Origin: Desulfobulbus propionicus DSM 2032
GTDB lineage: Bacteria; Desulfobacterota; Desulfobulbia; Desulfobulbales; Desulfobulbaceae
Reading direction: 5' to 3'
Length of the DNA: 32,000 nucleotides
Assembly (NCBI RefSeq): GCF_000186885.1
Contig: NC_014972.1
Span: 3,150,001-3,182,000 of the forward strand
Under the pieces are notes generated by a model. The model searched no databases, was not told where the DNA came from, and was given only the letters and a program-made list of their open reading frames with translations. A program made the translations under genes and the position numbers. Shown piece by piece: positions 1 to 8,800 of this stretch (positions are counted from its first letter, which is position 1; the number at the start of each line of letters is the position of its first letter).

Positions 1-108
1 CGATCCTGTCAACATTGATCTTTTTTTTTGCCGAATACGTCAAAACACAAAAAAAACGCGACCGAGGTGCGCCTGAACGGCCGGGAAAGAGAAGTGCGCC
101 TGTCGGGC

Positions 109-141
109 AAAAAAAAAGCTCCGGTCAACGAAGACCGGAGC
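109..141 (-). terminator. Rho-independent terminator downstream of tpx
   Basis: Read on the minus strand, there is a perfect 9-bp stem GCTCCGGTC / GACCGGAGC (118-126 pairs with 133-141) with a 6-nt loop. It is followed immediately by a run of 9 U (plus-strand A run 109-117). It starts 28 nt after the tpx stop codon. Confidence 0.8.
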
Positions 142-168
142 TGGAGGGGTGAAACCGGGGGCAACCAA

Positions 169-669
169 TTATTTCAAGGCGGCCAGGGCGGCATCGTAGT
201 CCGGTTCTTGAGCGATTTCAGGAACCTGCTCGGTGTGGACCACCTTGCCGTCAGCGCCGACAATGACAATGGCACGGGACAGCAGGCCGGCAATGGGGCC
301 AGTGGTGATGGTCACCCCATAGTCCTTGCCAAAGGCCGGAGAACGGAACACGGAAAGCGACTCGACATTTTTGAGGCCATCGGTCTCGCAGAAACGGGTA
401 TGGGCAAAGGGCAGGTCCGCGGAGATGCAGAGCACAACCGTGTTGTCGGTCTCACCGGCCATCTTGTTGAAGCGGCGCACCGAGGCCGCGCACACCGGGG
501 TATCGATGCTCGGAAAGATATTGAGCACGATTTTTTTTCCTTTGTAATCCGCCAGGCTGACCTCGGACAGGTCCGTCTTGACCAAGGTGAAGTTGGGGGC
601 GGCTGAACCCTTGGCCGGCAGTTCGCCGATGGTCTCGATTGCATTGCCTTTCAACGTGATTTTGGCCAT
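169..669 (-). CDS. tpx: thiol peroxidase (Tpx, atypical 2-Cys peroxiredoxin)
   Basis: 166-aa ORF. The translation aligns by eye to Tpx along its full length: MAKITLKGN..., peroxidatic Cys motif FPSIDTPVC, second Cys in HTRFCE. AGGAG Shine-Dalgarno lies 7 nt upstream of the ATG, and an intrinsic terminator lies downstream. Confidence 0.95.
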   Translation of the reverse strand: MAKITLKGNAIETIGELPAKGSAAPNFTLVKTDLSEVSLADYKGKKIVLNIFPSIDTPVCAASVRRFNKMAGETDNTVVLCISADLPFAHTRFCETDGLKNVESLSVFRSPAFGKDYGVTITTGPIAGLLSRAIVIVGADGKVVHTEQVPEIAQEPDYDAALAALK

Positions 670-728
670 GGTGAGTCTCCTTTTTGTTCAAATGAGTTGT
701 CAACTTGCGTCAAATGTCTGTCCCGAAA

Positions 729-752
729 GCGCATGGGATAGATCCCATGCGC
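729..752. repeat. Perfect inverted repeat with 11-bp arms (GCGCATGGGAT-ag-ATCCCATGCGC) in the tpx upstream/leader region; function unknown
   Basis: I checked base by base: positions 729-739 are the exact reverse complement of 742-752. The repeat lies 60-83 bp upstream of the tpx ATG and downstream of the predicted tpx promoter. Confidence 0.6.
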
Positions 753-785
753 TGTGCACCAGCAAAGAATGATACATTGATGCAG

Positions 786-813
786 AAAATAATCATTATC
801 ATTTTTTTGTAAA
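786..813 (-). promoter_or_regulatory. Putative sigma70-type tpx promoter overlapped by a Fur-family (Fur/PerR-type) 7-1-7 box
   Basis: The minus strand reads TTTACA (808-813), a 16-nt spacer, then TATTTT (786-791). Inside the spacer/-10, the minus strand reads TGATAAT-G-ATTATTT (787-801). This matches the 7-1-7 Fur box TGATAATnATTATCA at 12/14 positions and the PerR box TTATAATnATTATAA at 11/14. A Fur-family regulator gene lies directly upstream. Confidence 0.5.
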
Positions 814-892
814 GCAAAAAGAAGCGGATAGATTTTTTTCCTGCCCTCCGGAAGAACGCGTTGGACGGTCGGCCCGGGGATGCCCGGCTCCA

Positions 893-1378
893 TCACTGCA
901 AGGACTCGGCTTGCCGTGCATCGTACTCCTGTTGGGCCTGGGCGCAAGCGGTGCAGGTGCCGTGCACCACCACGCTGGCGTGATCGACCGTGCCGATCTC
1001 GCCAACATTGGACGGCAGTTCGGCCGTATCGAAGGAGGGCCAGAAAAAATCAAAGACCTGACCGCAGACATCGCACAGGAAGTGGTGATGGCGGGTGTGA
1101 AGCACCTCGTAGCGGGCTTGGCTCGCCGCTGTTTCCAATCGGTGGACCAGCCCCAGCTTTTCGAAAGTTGCCAGGGTGCGGTAGACGGTATCCAACGACA
1201 GGGTTGGCAGACGCCTTTCCAATCGCTTGTACAACGTTTCCGCCGATGGATGGTCGCGGGCCCCGAGCAGTTCCCGGTACACCTCCAGCCGCTGGTGGGT
1301 CACCTTGAGACCCGCTCCCTTGCATCTCTGCTCAAAATGTTGAATTTGCCGCTGAATGTGTATCGTTTCCATGCGCAT
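893..1378 (-). CDS. Fur-family metalloregulator; PerR-like role inferred only from adjacency to tpx
   Basis: 161-aa ORF. It has a winged-helix region (LKVTHQRLEVYRELL...), the Fur-family motif HHHFLCDVCG, and a second CxxC (HGTCTAC). Size and motif order are typical of Fur/PerR/Zur proteins. Confidence 0.9.
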   Translation of the reverse strand: MRMETIHIQRQIQHFEQRCKGAGLKVTHQRLEVYRELLGARDHPSAETLYKRLERRLPTLSLDTVYRTLATFEKLGLVHRLETAASQARYEVLHTRHHHFLCDVCGQVFDFFWPSFDTAELPSNVGEIGTVDHASVVVHGTCTACAQAQQEYDARQAESLQ

Positions 1379-1523
1379 AAAACTGATAATTTTTACTAAA
1401 TATTCGTTACTGATCTGTAGTAAAAGGTATTCATACCGCCGTCAACGAGATTCTGCATTCTCCCTCATTGTGGTAGGCGAAGCGGCGTCGCTCCTTCGGT
1501 CGCGGCTTGTGCGTTCGCTGCCC

Positions 1524-2438
1524 TCACGCCGCCTGCTCGGTGGTGGCCAGCAGCTCGCCGATCCGGTTGGCATGGACCATACCCGCCGCCCACTCGTCGG
1601 GAATGGCCTGCCGGCCCAGGTGGGCGCCGAGGATCATGCCCGCCACCAGTCCCCGCGCCGCCGAATCGCCGCCGGCCATGACGTTCTCGATCAGCCCGGT
1701 CCGGAGATCGTCCGCGTAGGTGAGGACAAGATGGATGGCCCCGGGCAGGGCTGCGGCAATGCCGCACATCTGACCGAATTTGTTGATCACCGTGCGGGTG
1801 TCCTTGCCGCCGGAATCGAGGCCGCCGCGGATACGGATGTCCAGGTCAATGTCGTCCACCCCTTCTTCCAATGCCCCTTCCATGGCTTCGGCCGGATCGG
1901 CGCCGTGCAGGACAGCCCAGGCGGTTTTGGCGATGAATTCGGCACCGGCCAGGGTGGCCGGATTGTTGTGGGTCAGGGCGGTCTGCTGGCGCACCGCCGC
2001 CAGCAAGGCGTCTCGGTCGTTTCGGTACCAGTAGACCAGGGGTGCGATCCGGGCGGCCCCTCCCAGATCCGAGGAGCGGGAGCCGCACTGATCGAGCGGC
2101 AGCCCCCGTCCCAAGTTCTCCAGGGTGGTGGCGGTGGCCTTGTCGACATACCCCCGGTAGCCGACGAACAGCTCCTGCCATGCCGCGGCGAAATCGACCA
2201 GGGAAAATGTCCCGCTCCGGGCCAGCGATTCCAACAGCACCAGGGCCTGATCGCCGTAATGGGTAAACTCCCCCGCCCCCTTGCCGGCGTGGTAGGAATC
2301 GGGCAGGGGAGCCAACAATCGTTCCACCCGGCCGATACGCCGGTCGATTTCGGCCGTGTCGTAGATCCAATGCGCGCCGAGGGCCAGACTGTCGGCTGCA
2401 AACGAGGCCAGTACCATGGCCGTTGCCTGGGTTGTCAT
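1524..2438 (-). CDS. ADP-ribosylglycohydrolase (ARH/DraG) family protein
   Basis: 304-aa ORF. It has an N-terminal AADSLALGAHWIYD segment and a C-terminal AGGDSAARGLVAGMILGA motif (the GGDxD/S...G.L.GA metal-ligand region typical of this family). AGGAGG SD lies 6 nt upstream of the ATG. Confidence 0.85.
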   Translation of the reverse strand: MTTQATAMVLASFAADSLALGAHWIYDTAEIDRRIGRVERLLAPLPDSYHAGKGAGEFTHYGDQALVLLESLARSGTFSLVDFAAAWQELFVGYRGYVDKATATTLENLGRGLPLDQCGSRSSDLGGAARIAPLVYWYRNDRDALLAAVRQQTALTHNNPATLAGAEFIAKTAWAVLHGADPAEAMEGALEEGVDDIDLDIRIRGGLDSGGKDTRTVINKFGQMCGIAAALPGAIHLVLTYADDLRTGLIENVMAGGDSAARGLVAGMILGAHLGRQAIPDEWAAGMVHANRIGELLATTEQAA

Positions 2439-2651
2439 GACGATCCTCCTTGAGATTGTTCAGCGGCTCGAAAACAGCAGGAACGCTGTTCCCCGTATTT
2501 GCACACCAATAGGCCCGGTTGGCGGATTTGTCAAATGGTCCGGCGGCGCATGTCTGGGGCACCGGCACAGTTTGTCATAAACTCCGACACGCGAACGGTC
2601 GATACAACAGCATCTTCTTTCCATCCATTCCATCACCGACAAGGAGAACCG

Positions 2652-3986
2652 ATGCGCATAGCTGCGACCACCATCGGCATGGATGCAGCGCTTACTTCCA
2701 AGGAAACGGAACAACGAATCAATCACCTGAGCACCAGCTCGGCAACAGGCCAGACCGATGCCTTCGGCATCCGCCTCGCCTCCCTGCTGGCCAGCTCAAC
2801 CCACAGTCTCTGCAGTTGCCGCTCCGTGATCAGTCCGGTCCGTGGCGGTGTGGCGCCCCTCGATGCCGGTGCCCCTGCCCAAACGGACACCAGCAAAACG
2901 GTCCTGGCGCAGCTGGCCGAGCAGGTCATCGGCCAGCAGGTGACGATCACCGCGTTGGAACAAGAGCTGACTGCCCTTCCCCCTGGCCAGACCGCCTCGC
3001 CGCTGTTCAGCCTCGGCACGGCGCAGCTGATGCGCGGCACCCTCTCCAGCGAACGGCAATCGCTGCTCTTTGCCGCCCAGGGATGTGTCGAAACCACCGA
3101 TGGCCGGCGCATCAGCTTTGATCTCGGGCTATCCATGGAGCGGACCACCGTGGCCGCCCAAACCGCCTTGCTCGGCGTTACGCCGCTCTTCATCGATCCC
3201 CTGATCCTGCAGTTCGACCTGGATGCCCCTCTGCTCGGCGACACTGTCTTCCGCTTTGATCTCGACAGTGACGGCATCGAGGAGGAGCTTGCCTGCCCGG
3301 GCAGCGGCTGCGGCTTTCTCGCCTTTGACCGCAACGGTGACGGCGTGATCAACAACGGACTGGAACTGTTCGGCCCGAGCAGCGGCTCCGGCTTCGGCGA
3401 ATTGGCGGAACTCGATGACGACGCCAATTTGTGGATTGATGAAAGCGATCCGCTTTTTGCCCAACTGCGAATCTGGACCCAGGACGGCCAGGGAGGAAGA
3501 TCACTGCGCACCCTGAAGGAGGCGGGCGTGGGCGCGATTGCCGTCACCCACGCCGGCAGCGGTTTTGAGTTGCAACAGACCGACGGCACGGTATTGGGCA
3601 CGATCAAGGCCAGCAGTCTCTTCCTCACCGAGGATGGCCAGGTGCGCCCCATGCACGAGGTGGACCTGGCGTCGCCCGCGATCCCCGAAAACGCCGGATC
3701 CGCTGTTCCATCCCCGACCGAATCCCGGTTCGACACCGCCCTGCGGGCGCTGCGGGACATTATCGGCATCCAGCGGATGCGATTGCAGATGATGCTCACC
3801 GGCCAGCGGCTGCGCGGGACCATGGTCCGGAAAGAGGAACGGCACGATCTGCTGTTCAACTGGCTGCAGGCGCGCGGTGAGTGGCAGACCCAGCTTGAAC
3901 GCCGATTCGAGCTTCGCCCCGGACCCGCCGACCGGCCTGTCCTCGCGGCGAGTGGCGGCGATACCGCCGCCGTGCGGCACGGCTAA
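2652..3986 (+). CDS. hypothetical protein with EF-hand/dockerin-like Ca-binding loops
   Basis: I chose the ATG at 2652 (MRIAATT...) because AAGGAG sits 6 nt upstream. The ORF track starts earlier, at 2499. The central block FDLDSDGIEEEL...FLAFDRNGDGVINNGLELFG...GFGELAELDDDANLWIDESDPLFAQLRIW carries DxDxDG / DxNxDGxI-type loops. I recognise this block from the N-terminal regions of large RTX-like secreted proteins. There is no obvious signal peptide. The antisense ORF 2723-3859 is Ser/Arg/Pro-rich and looks spurious. Confidence 0.7.
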   Translation: MRIAATTIGMDAALTSKETEQRINHLSTSSATGQTDAFGIRLASLLASSTHSLCSCRSVISPVRGGVAPLDAGAPAQTDTSKTVLAQLAEQVIGQQVTITALEQELTALPPGQTASPLFSLGTAQLMRGTLSSERQSLLFAAQGCVETTDGRRISFDLGLSMERTTVAAQTALLGVTPLFIDPLILQFDLDAPLLGDTVFRFDLDSDGIEEELACPGSGCGFLAFDRNGDGVINNGLELFGPSSGSGFGELAELDDDANLWIDESDPLFAQLRIWTQDGQGGRSLRTLKEAGVGAIAVTHAGSGFELQQTDGTVLGTIKASSLFLTEDGQVRPMHEVDLASPAIPENAGSAVPSPTESRFDTALRALRDIIGIQRMRLQMMLTGQRLRGTMVRKEERHDLLFNWLQARGEWQTQLERRFELRPGPADRPVLAASGGDTAAVRHG

Positions 3987-4031
3987 GACGAACCGCCCCC
4001 TGCCGTATCCCTGGTGGTCTGGTCGCCCCCC

Positions 4032-5894
4032 TCAGTCGCCTGCTCCGGCTCGTGTCGCCTCCTCGCCCGGTGGGTGCCCTCCGATGCGGGCCACGATCCC
4101 CGCCAGACCGGAATAGCGCACCAGCCGCCGCCGGACCGCGCGCAGCAGCAAGGCGCGCGGGCCAAACAGGGAGAACCGTCGCCGCGCTCGGGTGATGCCG
4201 GTGTACAGCAGTTCCCGGCTGAGGACCGGTGCATCCTCCTGGGGAAGGAGCAGCAGCACCTCGTCGAACTCCGATCCCTGCGCCTTGTGCACGGTGATGG
4301 CGTAGGAAACCTGCCAACTTGGCAGACGGGCCAGGCTGACCGGCCGGACCTCGCCGTTTTCCTCGGCGAACCAGGCCTGCAACCTGCCCTGGTCGTCGGG
4401 CCAGAGGATGCCGGTGTCGCCGTTGAACAGCCCTAACCCATAATCGTTGCGCTGGATGAGGATCGGCATGCCGCGATAGAACCGTTCCATCGTTGCGATA
4501 CGCCCCAGGCGGCGAAAGATCGTCTCCGCCAGCCGGTTGATGCCTTCCACCCCGCCCGGCCCCTCGCGCAGGGCACAGAGGATGCGGCGTTGTCCAAGCG
4601 CCCGCAAGGCGTTCAGCGGTGTGTCGGCGGCAAACAGCGGCAGGAAGCATTGCGCGATCTGGTCGCGCAGCCAGGGGGTCTGGGCCGCCCCATGGGTTTC
4701 CTCGATGTGGAGATCCGGCGGGGCGGCATCCAGAATCGCGGCCACGGCCTCGGGCGCGCCGCTGTTGACTGCCCGCGCCAGGGTACCGATGCCGGAGCCT
4801 TCATGAAAGCGACGGCTGGTGTGCAGCAACACCAGGCAATCGCCCAGGGACGAGGCCAAGGGGACGGAGGCAGGCATCTGCCTCGGTCCGAGCAGCCCCC
4901 GCATGTGCCGAATCAGCCTTGCCGACCAGCCCGCAGCCCCTTCCCCGCACAAATCGCCAAACAGGTTACCCGCCTCCACCGAGGCCAGCTGATCACGGTC
5001 GCCGAGGAGAATCACCCGGCAGGCGGCCGGCAGGGCGGCGAGCAGGGCGGCCATCAGCGGCACGTCGATCATCGAGGCCTCATCCAGGATCAACAGATCA
5101 AGGTGGAGCGGATTGGCCCCATGGTGGCGGAAACCGGGACGGTCGTGATGCACGCCGAGCAGCCGGTGCAGGGTCTGGGCCTGTTCGGGAATCGGCGTCG
5201 CCAGCAAGGGGGGCAAGGCGTCCTTGGCGCGGCGAATGGATTCCCTGAGCCTGAGCGCCGCCTTGCCGGTGGGAGCGGCCAGGGCGATACGCGGCTTGGT
5301 TGGCGTCAGGGCAATCAGCAGGGCGAGCATCCGGGCCACGGTGTAGGTCTTGCCGGTTCCCGGTCCCCCGGAAATGATCACCAGCCGTTTATGGAGCGCC
5401 AGAACCGCCGCTGCCCGCTGCCAGTCCACCTCGACCGCCCCCTTGCTTTCGGGAAAGAGGGCCTCGACCAGGGGCAGGGCCGCCCTCTGGTCCACGGCCT
5501 CGATGCCGGCGGCCCGCCGGCTCAGGGCGCGGGCGATGACCGTCTCGTCCCGGTACAAACGGTGAAGAAAGAGATGATTGTCCGCATCCAGAATCAGGGG
5601 CCGAAGATCGCCGGGCGCGCCAACCACGGTGGAGCGCAGCAACTGCACGCGCAGCTGTCCGCTGTCCCGATAGGCGGCGTTGTCCACGCCTGCCGCCGCC
5701 AGAAGCTCCGGCAGGACGGACAGGGGCAGACAGGTGTGGCCCTGTCCGGTTGCCCAGCTGGCAAAGGCGGCGGCCAGGAGTAGTTGCGGGCAGCAACCCT
5801 GATCGATCCGTTCCAACAACTGGGCCGCCTGGACATCAATGGGCCGCAACCAATGGCCGGCGAGCAGGAAGTCAAGGAGATGCGCTGGGTTCAT
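4032..5894 (-). CDS. recD: exodeoxyribonuclease V alpha subunit RecD
   Basis: 620 aa. Walker A ISGGPGTGKTYTV plus SF1 helicase motifs (LILDEASMID, ILLGDRDQLASVEAG, AITVHKAQGSEFD). Its start overlaps the recB stop by 4 bp (ATGA). Confidence 0.93.
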   Translation of the reverse strand: MNPAHLLDFLLAGHWLRPIDVQAAQLLERIDQGCCPQLLLAAAFASWATGQGHTCLPLSVLPELLAAAGVDNAAYRDSGQLRVQLLRSTVVGAPGDLRPLILDADNHLFLHRLYRDETVIARALSRRAAGIEAVDQRAALPLVEALFPESKGAVEVDWQRAAAVLALHKRLVIISGGPGTGKTYTVARMLALLIALTPTKPRIALAAPTGKAALRLRESIRRAKDALPPLLATPIPEQAQTLHRLLGVHHDRPGFRHHGANPLHLDLLILDEASMIDVPLMAALLAALPAACRVILLGDRDQLASVEAGNLFGDLCGEGAAGWSARLIRHMRGLLGPRQMPASVPLASSLGDCLVLLHTSRRFHEGSGIGTLARAVNSGAPEAVAAILDAAPPDLHIEETHGAAQTPWLRDQIAQCFLPLFAADTPLNALRALGQRRILCALREGPGGVEGINRLAETIFRRLGRIATMERFYRGMPILIQRNDYGLGLFNGDTGILWPDDQGRLQAWFAEENGEVRPVSLARLPSWQVSYAITVHKAQGSEFDEVLLLLPQEDAPVLSRELLYTGITRARRRFSLFGPRALLLRAVRRRLVRYSGLAGIVARIGGHPPGEEATRAGAGD

Positions 5895-8800
5895 CGTCCC
5901 GCCCCTCCCCGACAGCAGTCGTCCAGGGCCTCGATCAGGGCCGCGTCAGGCCGGAAGGCATGAACGCCGCTGCCCGGCGGGTGGGCGGGATCCATGGCCC
6001 GGAGAAAGAGGTAGTAGACCCCGCCCACATGTTGCTCATACCGGTAATCGGCGATACGCGCGTCCAGGAAACGGTGCAGGGCCAGGGTGTAGACCAGGGC
6101 CTGCAGGTGGTACTGATGACTGTCCATGCACTCGGCCAGGGCCTCGGGGGTGTAATGGGCCAGACTGGGCCCCAGATGGTTGGACTTGTAATCGACGATC
6201 CAATATCGTCCCTGAAAACGGAAAACCAGATCGATGAATCCCTTCATCAACCCCTGCAGGCTGGTCACGGGGGTGGTCAGCGGCCGCAGGCCGGCCCCGT
6301 CGAGCAGGCGGTTGAACCGGCGGAGATCCACCTTTTCCAGGGGAAAGAGAAAGCCGAGTTCATTGATCCGGTCCCGGACCGGCACTTGGTTGAGGCTGCA
6401 GGCACCGGGCAGCTCCACCGCCAGCACCGCATCCAGCCAGCGGACGGCCGTCGCCTGCCAACGCGCCTCGATCCCTCCCTGTTCCAGCACTTCGGCCACA
6501 AGCTGTTGCTGCCCCTCGACCGGGTGGTTGCATTCCAGCCGCTGCAGCAGGGTATGCAGGCAGGTGCCGCTGGCCGCGCCCCGGGGAAAGGTGAACGGCG
6601 AACAACCACTGGCCGCCTCTTCGCTGGGTGCCATCGCCGGCTCGTCCCGATCGGTTTCCAACGCGGCGTCGCTGCCGGATGCCAGGCGCGAATAGCTGGT
6701 GATGGTCCAGCCGGGAACGACGCGACCACGAAAAAGGCGCGGCTGCGGCATGGGCAGGTCGATGTCGCTCTGGAAGCGGTGATGGCCGAACCTCTCGGGA
6801 AAAGGCCGCAGGCCAACGAGGGGTTGCGCTCCGCCCAGCTGTTCCAATTCCTGGCACAACTGCGCATCGCTTTCCGGGCAGCGCGCCCGATGCAGCAGGT
6901 AGGCCAATCCGCTCCGCTCCAAGCCGTTCACCCGGCCCCAGCAGAACAGGCAGCAGGATTTGGCCCGGGTCACCGCCACGTAGAGCAAGCGGAGCTCCTC
7001 GGCCAACTGCTCTTGCTCGGCCCAGCGTTGATGCTCTTCCTGGCCCGTGCCGAGATCCAGGGTCAGCCCCAGGCTGTCGCGTTCATGAAAACTGAGCGGC
7101 TGATCGGCGTCAAGACCGCGGCCCGCCCACGGGAAAGGAAGAAAGACCACTGGAAACTCCAGCCCCTTGGCTCGATGGATGGTAACGATGCGGATCAGCT
7201 GCTCATCGTTTTCCAATCGAATCAGCTGGTCGGCGGCGGTGTTGTCCGGGTGGTCGATCTGCTGCCGGAACCAACGCAGCAAGGCGGCCATGCCGTGGCG
7301 GCCGGCCGGGCTCTGTTGGAGCAGTTCGGCCAGGTGGAGAAAATTGGTCAGGCTGCGCTCGCCGCCCACCCGGGCCGACAGGCGGCGGGTAACGGCTTCC
7401 TGGGCAAGCAACTGCTGCAACATGGGCATGATCCCCTGTTCCTGCCACAGCTGACGGTAGCGGTGCACATCGGCAAGACGGATCTCCCACGCCCGTTCGT
7501 CGCTGTTCAGGGCATGCAGCTGCCCAGCGTTACAGCCAAACAGGTCCGTGGCCAGGCTGGTGCGGATACGGGCCGGATCGCCGGGATCGACCAGGGCGGC
7601 CAGCACCAGGGCCAGCTGCCGTGCCTCCTCGCTGGCAAAGACCGAGGCCTGGCTGGAAGCGAGGCTGTTCACCCCCCGCCGCCGCAAACCGGCCTGCATG
7701 GCCTCGGCCTCGCGGTGACTGCGCACCAGGATGGCGATATCCGAGGTCTGCAGCGCCTGGCCGCCAATGGTCGCCTGCCCCAGCCGGGCCTGGTCCAGCA
7801 GACCGACGATGGTGTTGCTGCACACGGTGACTGCGGCTCGCAGGGCCTTGTCCTTGCTGATGGTGGTTGACCGGGTGCTCTTGAGCCGCTCGCTGTCCAG
7901 GAGCAGCCCGATCAGGGGAGGAGCCGGCTCACCATCGAGCAGCAGCGGCTCGGCCCTGGCCTCGGTAGCGGCCTGAACAGGCTGGAAATCGATATCTTCG
8001 GTGAAGACAAAGGCATCCCGCCGGCAGCCGAACAGGGCATTGACCGCCCCGACCATGGCCGGGGTCGAGCGGTAGTTGGTGCCCATGGTGTAGCGATTCT
8101 CCGGAACCGTCTCCCGGCGGGCACGGATATAGGTGAAAATGTCGGCGCCGCGAAACGAGTAGATCGCCTGCTTGGGATCGCCGATCAAAAACAGAGCGGT
8201 GCCAGCCGGCCGCTCCTGGCGGTAGATGCGCGAGAACACCTGGTACTGCACCGGATCGGTGTCCTGGAACTCGTCCACCAGGGCGGCCGGATAACGGGCG
8301 GCAACGCGGTCGGCCAATTGACCACCGCTCCCCGGCTGCTCCAGCGCCTCAGCCAGCCGGGTGAGCAGGTCGTCAAAGGCCAGCCACCCCTGGGCGCGCT
8401 TGCGACGGGACCGTTCCTGATGCACAAAGGTCCGCGCCGTAGTCAGCACCTGGATGGTCCGGCAGCGGAGGAAGCGACCGTGATCCTGCACAAAGGTGTC
8501 GAACAGCGCAAAGAAAGGATGCTCCGGAGGCCCGGCGCTTTTCTTCTTCACCAGCGTGGCCATGACCGAGGCAGCCATCCGGGCGACGATCCTGGGCAGC
8601 AGATAGGGCATGACCGGACCGGCAGCCAAACCGTCCATGGCAGCCAGCAGCCCCGTCACCTGATCGTGACGGTAGGCGTTTTGATTGCGCAGCAGACTCG
8701 AATCCTGCTCCAGCAGGCAAGCCACCTGGGCGCGCTGCCGTTCCCAGGCTTCGCGCACCTGGGCGAACACGTCCCGGGCCCGTGCCGCCAGGGACGCCAC

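Noticed and set aside
28-606. 192-aa plus-strand ORF covering the tpx locus.
   Set aside because: It is antisense to an unambiguous tpx gene. It begins in the homopolymer-rich spacer, runs through the tpx terminator, and has no recognisable motifs.
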